This document shows positions 37,418 through 50,117 of a DNA stretch of 64,000 nt, piece after piece. Made by a program: the position numbers and the translations under genes. Numbering within the stretch: position 1 is the stretch's first letter; each line of letters starts with the position of its first letter. The notes below the pieces were generated by a model. It had not been told where the DNA came from. It saw nothing but the letters and a program-made list of their open reading frames with translations, and ran no database searches. The stretch is from Gekko japonicus (Eukaryota), in the NCBI RefSeq assembly GCF_001447785.1, contig NW_015159713.1, positions 66,773 to 130,772 on the forward strand, in the 5' to 3' direction.

Positions 37418-38249
37418 CTGACAGAAACTTTGTTAATCTTTAAGGTGCTGCTGGACTCTTGCTCCCTTTCACTAATAAGGAATGCAAGCTGTTCTGTTAG
37501 GTTTCTTCCCCTCCCCCATCTGTTAGAAATGGAAAAGGGGATCCATATTGCTCTGCCCCTTCCAATAACACACTTATTCCCTCTCCAATGGTTTTCGGAA
37601 AGCCTCATTCTCTTTTCCAATCTCACTCCAGTGCCAGTTCCTGTCCTAAAACTCACAGAGAGACCCAAACACACTCATTTTGGGAAGAATGACACATCTC
37701 CCGTCCTCCACCTGGCTGTTGTGCATCCTACATGAAGCAGAGTGATTCAGCAGATGCAAGCCAATGCCAAATGATCTGCATCCACCAACTCACACAGCAG
37801 AGCCAGAGCTTCCAGTTTCAGCACTGGAACTAAAGGTGCCAGCCTGAATTACAGCTCATTTTCAGACTACAAAGATTAGTTTCCCCAAAGAAAAAGGATG
37901 TTCTGGAGGGTGGACTCTGTGGCATTGTACCCCACTGAAGTCCCAGTCCTCCCCAGGCTCCATCCCCAAATCTCTAGGAGTTTCCCAACCTGTACCGGGC
38001 CACCCCTCACCCCCAGAGTTGGACAGTCACAGGGGGAACCTGGCAAGTCTAACTAGGGATGTTTTAACAAGGGAGAGAGGGAGGGGAGAGGTGGNNNNNN
38101 NNNNNNNNNNNNNNNNNNNNNNNNNNNNNNNNNNNNNNNNNNNNNNNNNNNNNNNNNNNNNNNNNNNNNNNNNNNNNNNNNNNNNNNNNNNNNNNNNNNN
38201 NNNNNNNNNNNNNNNNNNNNNNNNNNNNNNNNNNNNNNNNNNNNNNNNN

Positions 38250-38403
38250 ACTAACAGTGAAATGATCTCCTCCTCTTGGGGTTTTAGTTTAGTGTGGTTT
38301 GCTTTCCTTTATCCGTACTTGTAGTCCCTTCCCTAATATTTCTTTGTAGCTTTTGTAGTATTTGCAAAATAAAAAAATATCCTTCCGCGGATTAAAAAAA
38401 AAA
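38250..38403 (+). mobile_element. 3' end of an L1/HAL1-like element
   Basis: Homologous to 51082-51227; AATAAA followed about 20 nt later by an A tail. Confidence 0.7.
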
Positions 38404-39364
38404 GACAAAGAAAGGCTTCCTTGGATGGGGAAATTTCTTCGTTGTTTAAGGAAATTTTGGCAGGAGGGAGTCATCAGATCCAGCTTAGTGGGAGGAAATG
38501 ATAGGATCCAAATTCTTCTTTGTGAGCCAAAAGACCTACTAAGATTAAAGTTGTGGGCAAGCCTACATTTTTTTTAGGAAGGAAGGAGTGAAGGAAGGGA
38601 GGGACTCAAGGTAGGGAGTGCAGGAGGGAGGGAGAAAGGGAGAGATGGAAAGAAAGCAAATAGATTGGGACAGAGAAGTGAAAGACAGAAGGGAAGGAAA
38701 GAAAGAAAGGACCTCCCCGCATGACTGCCCAAGGCAAGCCTCATGGGGAGCGGGAAAGAACAGCGGCACGAGACTGCAGGAAGGGCGCCTGGCCACCCAG
38801 CCACCCCAAGGCCAGTGATCCTACATGGATGCCAGCCTCCCCCCACTCAATCACCCCACATGGCTGCCGAAGCCCCAAGGCAAGCCCCAGACTAGCTGCG
38901 GCCTCCATAGCCCATGGGGGGGAAGCCTCCTGGCCGGCTACAAAAGCCACAGCCAGCCTGGGCACTCTCTGCCCACCCCCACTCCTGAAACCATCCCCCT
39001 ACCCTCACTGTCCCAGGCCAGCCAGCTCCTTACCTTTCTCTGCCTGGGAAAGTAGTGAAGCTAGGCTGAACTGAGGGCTGCTGGGAGCTGGGGGTGGGGC
39101 TTAGTTTCCAGGAAGCAAGCCTCCACCCTGACTTCCCTCCAAGTCCCAACCCACCCGAAGTCTCAGAAAGTGGAGAGGAAAAACCCTCCGCTTTCAAAAT
39201 GGGGTGGGGGACACAGGGGGTGGCAAGGCTCTGGCTAGCACTGGTTGCCCCTGGGGGAGGCTCAGTCCCCCCTGGAAAAAAAATTTTGGGAGGTTGCCAG
39301 CCCCCCAACCCCCCCCTGTAGTCTATGCCTATGGTGTATGATAATCCTACCATCCACATATACA

Positions 39365-39660
39365 TTTATACTTATTTATTTACCTATTGATATTGCTATT
39401 TGGCTATACCCTGCCTTGTGGTTCAAGGGGACTTAGAATTCTAAGATTCAAGACATACAAGGTACAATAGCATTCCATTAATCTCCTTCCCCAAGAAAAT
39501 GTCTGCATCCTAGGCCCCATTAAAAGTCCTCACAAATAAAGTGGACTTCTATTGCCTCCTAAAATTTTCTAGTGTTGCCTTAACTCATCAGACAGCTCTT
39601 CCACAACGTGGGGGCCCACTGCAGAAAAGGAATGGGCCCCAGTAGATTTTACACAAGACC
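39365..39660 (-). mobile_element. Old L2 3' fragment
   Basis: (TTTA)n tail and TTCCACAACGTGGGGGCCCACTGCAGAAAAGG (AFS...P.LW motif on the minus strand). Confidence 0.55.
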
Positions 39661-40671
39661 TCTTAGTGTTCATGTGGATACCTAAGAAATAATTTTGTTA
39701 ATACACTGTGTTGTTCTAATCATTCTACATTAAAATTCTTTTAAGAGAGATACTTTCCCTGAGCTTGGCATATTGCTTGCTGTGCATTACATGTGATATA
39801 GTTCATAGACTGACATGTTTATGCAAGAGATAGTCTCATATATTATACAGGCTGTGACTTTTCATCCACTGTCTGACTTTTAACAAGCTGTTTCATTTCT
39901 TAAATAATAAAACAAAGAGATGAGAGTGGGCACGTAGCTCAGTGCCTGAACATATTTGCATACAAATGTCTACGGATGCAAAAGAAATTTTCACATTCTT
40001 TTGCTGGAGTCAGACTCCAGTATTGTGAATGGGTTGTTTTACACCATTCTGATCCATAACTGTATTGCTGTCAGTGTTGGTTGACCATTCCTTTGCTAGG
40101 TTAATGTCTCAGAATGGTTAGTTGATGTTTTTTTCAATGGGATCTAATTATTCAGAGATGATTCTGTTAAATATCCATAGGAGAATGGAGAAAATAGGAG
40201 GTACATGGCTGTATGTGCAAAGAAACAGTGTAGATGTGGACTTAAATTGGAAAATGGCCCATATTACACTGTAATGTACATAGTATACAAATCTTCTGAT
40301 CACACTGAGGATTTATCTAAACAATACAACTGATATGAATCATGTTAAGTGTCTCCCAACATGATTCTCACCCACACACGCAGAGGGGCCTCACTTTTTC
40401 AAAGTGCTCCAGTGCTCGGTGAGGCTCTGAGCTCTGCAAGGGGGGAGGAGGGGCTTGAGGCTTCCCTTCCATGACATTTTTGCCAGCAGAAACAGCCATG
40501 AGGGATCCTGTTTCCCATTTCTTGGCTCCAAATGTCCTTGATCACATGACCCCCAGACACATGGAGTCTGAAGAAGGAGCAAACAGCTCACCTTGTAGCT
40601 GCTTATGCTGATGAAAACAGCATGGGAAGGAAGCCTGAAGACACCCTCCTTGCAATGCTCAGAGCTGCACC

Positions 40672-40790
40672 AACATAAGAACATAAGAGAAGCCAATGTT
40701 GCATCAGGCCAATGACCAATCCAGTTTAACACTCTGTCACATAGTGGCCAAAAATACCAGGTGCTATCAGGAGGTCCACCAGTGGTAGCG
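40672..40790 (-). mobile_element. CR1 3' terminus
   Basis: (AACATAAG)2 tail followed by the CR1 3' UTR. Confidence 0.8.
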
Positions 40791-41302
40791 TTGTTTGAAA
40801 AGGTGAGTTCCTCTAGGCATGTGTGGCTGTTAGTCATGTCAGGGGACCCCTCACACAACTTGTGTCACTTATATGATTTAGACATTGTGCTAGCAGTACC
40901 TGTATTAGTCCAATTGCTTAACGATGGCAGTAGCAGTCAGTAACGTTCCTAATATATACACAGCTGCACACTAGCTTATTTAGACAATTAATATGCCACC
41001 TTTCTAGAGACCTGCTCGGGGTGGGTCACCAAGTTAAAAACACAAACACAATAAAACCATTAAATGCTAAGACAAGCTAGAACCATAACAAAATAAAAGA
41101 ACATTCAGCACATAGTTCATAACATTTATACTAACACATCAAGCAGCATTGCTAATCAGTGGTTAGAACATATTCTTTTTTTCAAATTGTAGTTTGATTG
41201 CAAACAGCATCCTCACACAAGTAAAAATATTCTCACTGTTTATGAAGAATTCAAAATTGTTCTAACCTTCCTTGGAAAAGTTTTGCACATCTGCATTCTT
41301 AC

Positions 41303-41561
41303 CATTCATGTTTGCTGCTGGAATTATGTCTCCTTCAAGGTTGTATGGTTCCTTTTATGACAGCAATGAATGTTCCTTGATGTTACTCGCTAGTGAAGGT
41401 TCAAAATATTTGGGTAGTTGAGGAAGAGGGAAATCTAGATGTTGCCCTACCACAGTAAAAGTATTATAATGAATTAATACATTTACCTGTGTCCAAAGTT
41501 TGCTCCCTTATGCAGCTGTCTTACTTTCACCAATGGAGTCCTGCTGTTCCTGGATATTATG
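41303..41561 (-). pseudogene. Candidate decayed exon, phase 0 to 1
   Basis: Acceptor CTTTTCTTTGCATTACAG, donor ATG|GTAAGA; HNIQEQQDSIGESKTAA*GSKLWTQVNVLIHYNTFTVVGQHLDFPLPQLPKYFEPSLASNIKEHSLLS*KEPYNLEGDIIPAANMN (2 stops in 86 codons). Confidence 0.4.
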
Positions 41562-41591
41562 CTGTAATGCAAAGAAAAGTCTCAGATGGAG

Positions 41592-41990
41592 AGAACATAA
41601 GATGAGTCTTGCTGGTTCAGATCAGTAGTCCATCTAGTTCAGCATCCTACCTCACACAGTGACCAACCAGTTGCCCTGGAGTGCCAACAAACAGAGGTCA
41701 AGGCTTTGCTCTGATGTTGCCTCCCTGCATTGCTATTCAGAGGCAGTAAACCTCCATATGTGCAAGTTCCCATTAGTCATATAGCTAGTAGCCACTGATG
41801 GATTATCCTCCATGAACCTGTCTAATCCCCTTTTAAAGTCATCTGTGTTCAAGGCCATCACCACAGCCTCTGGTAGTAAATTTCACAATTTAACTGTTTG
41901 TTGAGTAAATACATACTTGGTTTTGTCCATCCCAAATCTATTTCCCATTAATTCTATTGGGAACCACCAAGTTCTATTATTATGGGAGAT
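41592..41990 (-). mobile_element. CR1 3' fragment
   Basis: AGAACATAAG tail; TCCTCCATGAACCTGTCTAATCCCCTTTTAAAG ORF2 end. Confidence 0.85.
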
Positions 41991-43260
41991 ATCTGACTAT
42001 AACCATTGGTTATCATATTTAATTATAAAGTGACTAGACTCTATTTCAATCACAAAAGCAGCAAAACCGGGCTGGCCACAGGTAAGCTATATACTCAGGG
42101 ACTCCTCCAGCATGCATTTTTTTAATATATAGAAATCAAAGTGGGAGAATCTAAAACTGATTTTGTTCCAACTACATGGAATGGGGGGGGGGGTGATTTC
42201 CAAATTGTTCACTTCTGCAGTTCCTGGTGGGCCTGTGGTCTGTATATTTCAAACACTTCAAAGCTCTAATTTTATGAAATGTTAAGTAGTGAACTTTCAT
42301 TCTTTTGCCCTGTGGAATTTATCAAGTTTTTGTGTACAAGTCAAGAAGGGTAATGAAATCTTAAACTAGACTTATGACTGCAATTCTGAAGACACTTTCC
42401 TGGCTAGTAAGCCACGTTGGATAACAGGATTCATTTCTGAGTAGACCTGCTTCGTTTTGCTGCCTTTATGTCCAGAACTCGTTTTAGTTGATTAATGAGG
42501 AATGGCACATGTGCAAATGACATTCAAGGGGTGAATACGTTATTCTAGATTTTTTGGTCCTAATCAGTCAAATTTATGGTGAAGAAAATGAGGAGCATTA
42601 CGTTGTGCTTCATGAAGTGCAGAAATATCTATGCCTGACAGAAATCCCCATTTAATAAATTTAATGAACCCAAGAGTTTTAAGCAGCCATTTCACTCTAG
42701 TAATTATGAGTGCCCCATCAACATATTTCACAGTGCTAAAGCTACTGCAACCTATATACAAAAACCAATGAGGTCGCTTAAACAATGCAACTATGCAAAA
42801 AAAAAAAAAAACCCAACACAAGTAACTAAATAAAAGTCACAGTTTCCAGTGCAGTGCTCCTTCCTACTAACTACTCCAAAGCTGAATGCTATAGAAGTTA
42901 GTGAGACAAAGATCTCATCCACAGATGCCAAAAATAGTTTTTAAAGAGCATGAATGTCAGTAAAACTACAAGAGAGCGTAATGGATAAGAGGCAGTATAT
43001 AGATAACTCACAGCAACCGCAAATGTATTTCATTAAATTTTGAACAGCTCCAAATGTTTACATGTGAATGTATATTCTGATTTTTTTTTGGTGATTTTCA
43101 GGCTCCCTGCAAATGTTCTCTACATTCCCCTAATCATTTCATTGTCATTGTTCATCCACAGGGTTGACTGCCTCTTGTTGCTTCTGTGTCAATGAACTGA
43201 AGCTGCTTCTTTGGGAATGTGATTGCAGTCAATCAGGAATAAAGTAATATGGGAAATAGC

Positions 43261-44502
43261 TAGGGATGGGCATGAACTAAGAAACAAACTGCGGTTCAAT
43301 CATGAACCAGGCCAGTTCATGGTTCATTTTGAACCAGTATGTTTGGTCGCATTGTTCCTGAATCCAAAAACGAACCACCTTTTTTTGTTTGGTTTGATAG
43401 AGTGGGTCATTCTCCAGACAGCCTGGCACTGATTCAATCAATTCCTAGGCAATGCTGGGGGTAGATTCGTGGAGGGCCCTAGAAATACACATATGTACCC
43501 CAGAAAGCGCTGCAGTCAGGAACCAGAATTGGCTGGCTCTCCCGAGCATCAAGGAGGCCAGACTAGTGACAACTAGGGCCAGGGCTTTCTCGGTGGCGGC
43601 TCCACTTTGGTGGAATGAGCTCCCAGAAGAGACCAGGGCCCTGTGGGACCTCTCACAGTTTTGCAGGGCTCTTCCACCTGGCCTTTGCAGCCGCCACCAC
43701 TACTACCTCCACCACCATTACCACCAACTACAACAATTGATATCCATGATGGTGGACCCCTGACCCACTGGACCCTAGATACTGCCTGGGCCAATCACCC
43801 TAGACAGCTGAAGAAGAACTAGGAGCTGACCAGAAAATGAGGAAATGTCTACTAGCACTTTATTTTTTATGAGTCTTGGTTTTAAAATTGTATTTATATT
43901 AATTGTTGTGATTTTTATCTTATTGTATTATTGAAATTTTATTCTGTCTGTGAGCCACCCTGAGCAGGCTTGGGCCAGGAGGGCGGGATAAAAATCTAAC
44001 AAATAAATAGCAGTTGTCCATAGCTTGATTGGCAGCTCTGGGAGCCAACACAGAGCTTCCATTCTGCTCTATGGGAGCAGATTGTATATGTATACCACAC
44101 CCTGACTCAGCAGTTTTCACTTTGCAGCAGGAAGAGCGAGGACTTAGTCATCATATGAGAATGAATTAGGAAGAACTGCTTGCTGTATGGCTGATTTAAG
44201 GGGAGGCTAGAGCTGAGCTTTCCTGGGGGCACCTGCTTTGGGGGGCTATAACTTAGACATACCAAATCCAATTTTCACCGAGCTTGGAGGGTGGATGGGG
44301 GAGAGCCTACTGAAGACTCCCTGTGATTTTGGCATCTCTAACTCATGAGGGGGCTGTTCTACCACCTCCAAAACTTATGAACTGAATGAACCATGAACCA
44401 ATTCGGGAAACAGGATAAGTTTGTGAAAGTTTGTGGTTCGTGTAATCAAATGAACCACAAACCATCACAAATCACCATTTTCCCAGTTTGTGCCCATCCC
44501 TA
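43261..44502. mobile_element. Non-autonomous hAT element
   Basis: TIRs TAGGGATGGGCA and TGCCCATCCCTA; exact 8-bp TSD GAAATAGC at 43253-43260 and 44503-44510; subterminal GAACC repeats. Confidence 0.92.
43500..44009 (+). mobile_element. L2 3' fragment nested in the hAT element
   Basis: TRARAFSVAAPLWWNELPEE; GTGAGCCACCCTGAGC...AAATAAATA tail. Confidence 0.88.
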
Positions 44503-47500
44503 GAAATAGCCTTTACCTTCCAATAACTATTCAGGTTACAATAAAGAAGGTTGTTGATTTAAAGACACCAGAATTGGGGACACAGTGACCTAATACCTTA
44601 CTGAGTATCTCATAGTTTAGGGCTCAGCAACTGAATGCAATAGTATGATGTTAGGTAGGGAGGAGATGTGGCTTATGCCTACAAAAACTAGTCCCTTTCT
44701 ACAGGTTCATAGTAGGAATGGGATACTACTTGGAATAGTAGTTACTACAGACCAAGAATATGGCTTGTCCAGGGGGATTTTAGCTATGAAGATATTCTTG
44801 TTAGAATTTGCAGGACAATACAAATTGAGAAGCAGTTCTAGCTATTCATTCTAAGAGCCAGTTAAGAATGGCTTCATAAGTTACAGACGTTATTTCCCCA
44901 TGTATGTGTCTTTGGATCCCATACCAACAATTCATCTGAGCAGCAGTTGCTTTTCATTGATATCAACATGTTACATGAAATAATTAGTAAAATCACTTCC
45001 ATGTGTGTCAGTATATAGGAGAGGGGTGGCAGAATTAGTTGTAAAGCAGGTTGACAAACTCCAGGTAGAGCCTGGAGATGTCCTGGATCTCTAAACTATA
45101 GAGATCAGTTCCTCTGGAGAAAATAACTGTTTTCAAGGTCATACTCTATGGTATTATACCAGGCCGGTGCTACAGTGGGGCATCTTGGGGCTAGGCCCTC
45201 TGACTTAGTGGCAAAACCCCACAACTTCCCATCCAGCCCAGGGTCCCCAAGTGGCAGCTGGTGCAGGGAAGGAGCCAAATATTCCTTTAATTCAATTAGC
45301 CAGTGCCCCCTAAGGAATTTAAATGCTTCCCGACTTAAAATATCCTGGCTATGAGCCTGTATTACTGAGGTCCCTCTTCTCCCCATACTCCATCCTTCCC
45401 AGGCTTTCCAGCAAATATCCAGGGATTTCCCAACCTGGGCTTGGCAACCCTATAAAGTGTAACTGTCCCTACTCCCCCACACAGAGAAAATTGGTTAATT
45501 TAGATTCACCAACATTAGGGACTCTGAAAACAATGCAAGACATTCTGAGGCATGTACCCTGTGATATTGTTCCCCTCATGCTTCTCTCCAGCCACTGTGG
45601 AGGCTCTCCACCTCTATTGTCACTTGCCGCCTCTGACGTGTGTACAAGGTCAATATTTTTCAAAGAGCCCTTACAGAAGCCGAAATACTAGTGGCAGAGG
45701 AAGTGAGCGGTGCCGCAAAGGGATGCTTCCGCAGTGGCTAGAGAAAAGCTAAAGGGGGACAATGTCATACGATCCTGGCCTTAGTAATGATACAGCACTT
45801 TGCTGTAGTTCTCAACGTATGTCAAGATATGTCCCCTAAGATATAAAGAAGGCCAGTGTTATCATCACTGTATCATAGAAAAGCAGGGTCTAAAGCTGAG
45901 AGATCATGACTAGCATGTGAAGTCCATGAGATTTTTCTGTCGGGGGTTTCCAGTTCTCTTCAACAATTATGTTATATCAGTTAATTTGTATTAGAGATGG
46001 ACATTTATTCCTCCAGGGGAAGCCAGAGATGTTTTATTGGAAGCCACTATATGGTTTAATAAGAGTAAATAACTGATTGTGTTTGCTTGATATTTGCCAT
46101 ATGAAGCAGGGAATAACGTCTTACTGAGGACTGTTATTAGAATATAATTGACTCTCTTTTGCTTACTCCAAAGGTACCCTGAGTCCACAGGGACATGAAT
46201 TATGGATAACAAAAGGCTGGAGCAAAAGAGGGAGGGGGGAAGAACGAGGGAGAGATGTTCCAGTCTCTGACACATGACCTTCCCCTTACTCTGCTTGTTT
46301 CCCTAGCTAATGAGTGACATTTACAGCCGAGAGAGAGAAACGTACTGCACTAAAATCCCACAAGGGCCTGTGGGTTGTATTCACTGATGATTTAGAGCTG
46401 CATTGTTGTTGCCAAAAAATGCTTTGTATGTTTTGCTGATGTGGCATTTTGCATTCTCTCCAGCTTTGAAAAAGCTGGATTTGCCTGCTTATTTGTGAGA
46501 TGCTTCCCTGCAGAGCAGGCTCTGCTTTGTATAAAAGAGTAAACAAAGAGATCAACTATCATGCGGAATGTGTTTATTGCTACTATGCAATCTTTTTTTT
46601 TCTAGTACCCACATATGCACACCAGTAGCTTTCACTACTTTCTCCCTTATGGAACCACAGTTATATCAGATGTTTACAGCTAGAGAAGTGCAGATTTCTA
46701 TGGTCCTTTCATAAAAAAGATTCTGTGGGTACTATGCTGGATTACACAGACTGCCTGACATCTGTACAGCATCCAGAGACCACACCAATACTTGAACTGC
46801 TTAAGAATAATTAGATTCCCCCAGCTCCAGCAGTTTCTACATGGGTTATTTGCCTTGGGTTCAATGTTATTGGGAAGCAGGGATTTTTTTCCTGCATCTA
46901 CACAACATTGCAGTACATTTGTATGCCTCCCAGAACTTTCTTGGCTTTTCTCCAGTCTTTCCCAAACCTGCTTTGCTGTGAAGTTTTGTGAAAGATCAAA
47001 GCAGAGCCTGGATGGCTGCCACATGGGTGGGAAAGTTTGGATTTTTTCTGGCCCTGCCGACACAGCAGCCATATTCCTTGCCGCTATGCCCACAGTGGCC
47101 ATTTTCTCCCTTGACACTGGAGGCTTTTTTGTTTTGTTTAATTAGCAACTGAATATCATTATAACAGTATTTGTTGTTGTTCAGTTGCACAGTCCATCTT
47201 GTTCTCTAAATTTCCAGACTTTCATAGCAGATATGTGGGGAAAGGCATATCTTTAAAAAGTAAGGGGCTAGAGGAGAAAGAAAGAAAGTCAAAGAACCTT
47301 GGGATTCAGTCTTCTATTAATCTTTGACAAACACAAGGAGTAGAAAGTTCATTTCCTTTTTAGCCATTTCTTCCAGCGCTTATACAGAGCATGGAGAAAT
47401 GCATCCATAGCCCTTCCATTTTTTTTCTCTGTGCTTGCAGTCTTCATGAACATGGGCGGCGGGGGGAGGGGTTAAACTATGAAACGTTTACTGAAAATCC

Positions 47501-48103
47501 CATTTCATCCAATGAGTTTCAAAGCAGAGGGGATGGTTTGATCATGTTTGATCATCAAATCTAATCTCAGAGGATTTCTTTAGTATCCCTAGTACAAATC
47601 TATGTTGGTCTCAGTAGCAGAGCAAAAGTCTGAAGAACTGAGCCAAATTGAGGTCACCAGAGATGAAATTCTAGCCCTACTTCGGAAATTATTCTCCAGG
47701 TCCTGATGGCATATACCCAAGGGTTCTTAAGGAACTCAGATGTGAGATGATTGATCTACTAAACTATATATGTAACTTATCACTAAATTCAGCCACTGTA
47801 CCAATAGACTGGAGAGTAGCAAATGTGACACCAATTTTTAAAAAGGGATCCAGAGGGGAACCAGGAAATTACAGGCCAGCCAGCCTAACAACTGTCCCAG
47901 GAAAAATTAGTGGAAACTGTAATCAAAGATAAAGTTGTTAGGACAAAGTCCACTGAGGGAGAATCAGCATGGCTTCTGCAAAGGAAAGTCTGGCCTCACC
48001 ACCATTTTGAAGTTCATTGAGAAAGTGAACAAGCATGTGGACAATGGTGACCTGGTAGACATTATATACCTGGACTTTCAAAAGGTTTTTGACAAGGTAC
48101 CTC

Positions 48104-49400
48104 GGTAGACATTGTATACCTGGACTTTCAAAAGGTTTTTGACAAGGTACCTCACCAGACTCCTGAGTCAGTTTATCAGTCATGTAAGAGGATGGGTTCT
48201 CTTATGGATTAAAAACTGGGTAGATGACAGGATGCAAAGAGTAGAAATCAATGAACAGTTCTTACAATGGGATGTAAGCAGTGGGGTCCCACAAGGGTCA
48301 ATAATGGGCTCAATACTATTCAATTGATTCATCAGTGATCTATAACTAGGGGTGAGTAACGTAGTGGCTAAGTTTGCAGATGACACCAAATTATTCAGAA
48401 TGGTAAAAACCAATGCCCTCCACAAACTGGGTGAATGAGGAACAATGTGGCAAATGAAGTGTAAAGTGATGCACATTGGTAAGCATAAAGTGATGCACAT
48501 TGGGACCAAAAATCCCAACTTCAAGTACAGGCTAATGGGGTCTGAACTTGCTGAAACTGAGAGGGAAAAAATCTTGGGGTTGTAGTGGATAGCTCAATAG
48601 AACTGTCAACCCTGTGTGCTGCAGTGGTGAAAAAGGCAAACTGTATGTTAGGGATTAAAGGGACTGAGTATAAAACAACCAATGGCCCCGTTCACACGGA
48701 GCAGAAGCCACGCTAAACAGACGGAAGAGAGGCGGAGTTACCTGGCGCGATCACACGGCAACATCTGGGGAGCGTAGAGCTCCCGTGGTTGAACTGTGGC
48801 GAACCGCCGATAAAAAATGGTGACCTGGTAGACATTGTATACCTGGACTTTCAAAAGGTTTTTGACAAGGTACCTCACCAGACTCCTGAGTCAGTTTATC
48901 AGTCATGTAAGAGGATGGGTTCTCTTATGGATTAAAAACTGGGTAGATGACAGGATGCAAAGAGTAGAAATCAATGAACAGTTCTTACAATGGGATGTAA
49001 GCAGTGGGGTCCCACAAGGGTCAATAATGGGCTCAATACTATTCAATTGATTCATCAGTGATCTATAACTAGGGGTGAGTAACGTAGTGGCTAAGTTTGC
49101 AGATGACACCAAATTATTCAGAATGGTAAAAACCAATGCCCTCCACAAACTGGGTGAATGAGGAACAATGTGGCAAATGAAGTGTAAAGTGATGCACATT
49201 GGTAAGCATAAAGTGATGCACATTGGGACCAAAAATCCCAACTTCAAGTACAGGCTAATGGGGTCTGAACTTGCTGAAACTGAGAGGGAAAAAATCTTGG
49301 GGTTGTAGTGGATAGCTCAATAGAACTGTCAACCCTGTGTGCTGCAGTGGTGAAAAAGGCAAACTGTATGTTAGGGATTAAAGGGACTGAGTATAAAACA
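48104..49400 (+). repeat. Direct duplication 48104-48677 and 48827-49400 (574 bp, offset 723)
   Basis: Identical ORF-track translations at offset 723; no mismatches seen by eye. Confidence 0.95.
48684..48815. mobile_element. Single end of a Harbinger-like MITE between the duplicated CR1 copies
   Basis: Starts GGCCCCGTTCACACG, like the TIR at 6766; CpG-rich; no partner TIR. Confidence 0.65.
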
Positions 49401-50117
49401 GCCAATATTGTAATAATGCCCCTGTATAGATCTATGGTGCAGCCTCATTTGGAATACTATGTACAGTTCTGGTCACCATATCTACAAAAGGACATTTCAG
49501 AGCTGGAAAAAAGTAAAGAGAATGGCAAAAAAGATGATTTGGGGGTTGGAACACCTTCCCTATGAGGAAAGGCTGAAGAGTCTGAGACTTTTCCATTTAG
49601 AAAAGAGACAACTAAGGGGGGGACATGATAAAGGTTTCTAAAATTATGCATGGGATGGAGAGAGTTGATAAAGATAAATTTCTCTCCCTTTCCCAAATAC
49701 TAGAACTCAGGGGCATCCAATGAAACTAATGGACAGCAAATTCAAGACAGACATAAGAAAATACTTCTTCATACCAACCCATAATTTGTGCAACTCAAAT
49801 GTTCCAAAATGTGGAGACTGATGTTTGCATAGATGCCTTTAAATAGGTCCATCAATGGCTATCAACCATAACGGCTGAATAGGGCATTCATGTTTGATAA
49901 CAAATATATCTTTTTAATCCAATTGCTGAAGGTAACATCAGAGCTTAAAGGCAACATCAGGGGAAGGCCTTGTTGGCCATCCAGAGGACTGGTTGGCCAC
50001 TGTGTGAGAGAGGATACTAGACTAGATGGACACATAGAGGGAGACATAGATGGACCACTGGTCTGATCCAGCAGGGCTCTTATGTTCTTAAGTATTAATG
50101 TATTTGCCTATTTGCAA

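Larger units (their letters stand above)
36820..37470 (+). mobile_element. Penelope-like element remnants: two pseudo-LTRs, GIY-YIG C-terminus, and an inverted 3' copy at ~36820-36940
   Basis: PVGEHFNLPGHLVADLTVAVLLQRNFKGRLEKETAELQLIMKLKTIQTPGLN at ~37110-37265; TTTGTTARTCTTTAA(A)GGTGCT.CTGGACTCTT occurs twice. Confidence 0.88.
32358..39333 (-). mobile_element. Full-length decayed hAT DNA transposon with nested insertions
   Basis: Exact 8-bp TSD GTGTATGA at 32350-32357 and 39334-39341; TIRs CAAGGGCGTAGAC and (reverse complement) CATAGGCATAGAC; internal transposase. Confidence 0.92.
47590..50090 (+). mobile_element. CR1 LINE, decayed RT region through 3' UTR, with an internal duplication
   Basis: VPIDWRVANVTPIFKKGSRGEPGNYRPASLT; SGVPQGSI; KFADDTKL; TCTTATGTTCTTA tail. 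Confidence 0.96.

Noticed and set aside
46698-47190. 139-aa and 117-aa ORFs on opposite strands
   Set aside because: No recognisable motif and no convincing pair of splice sites.
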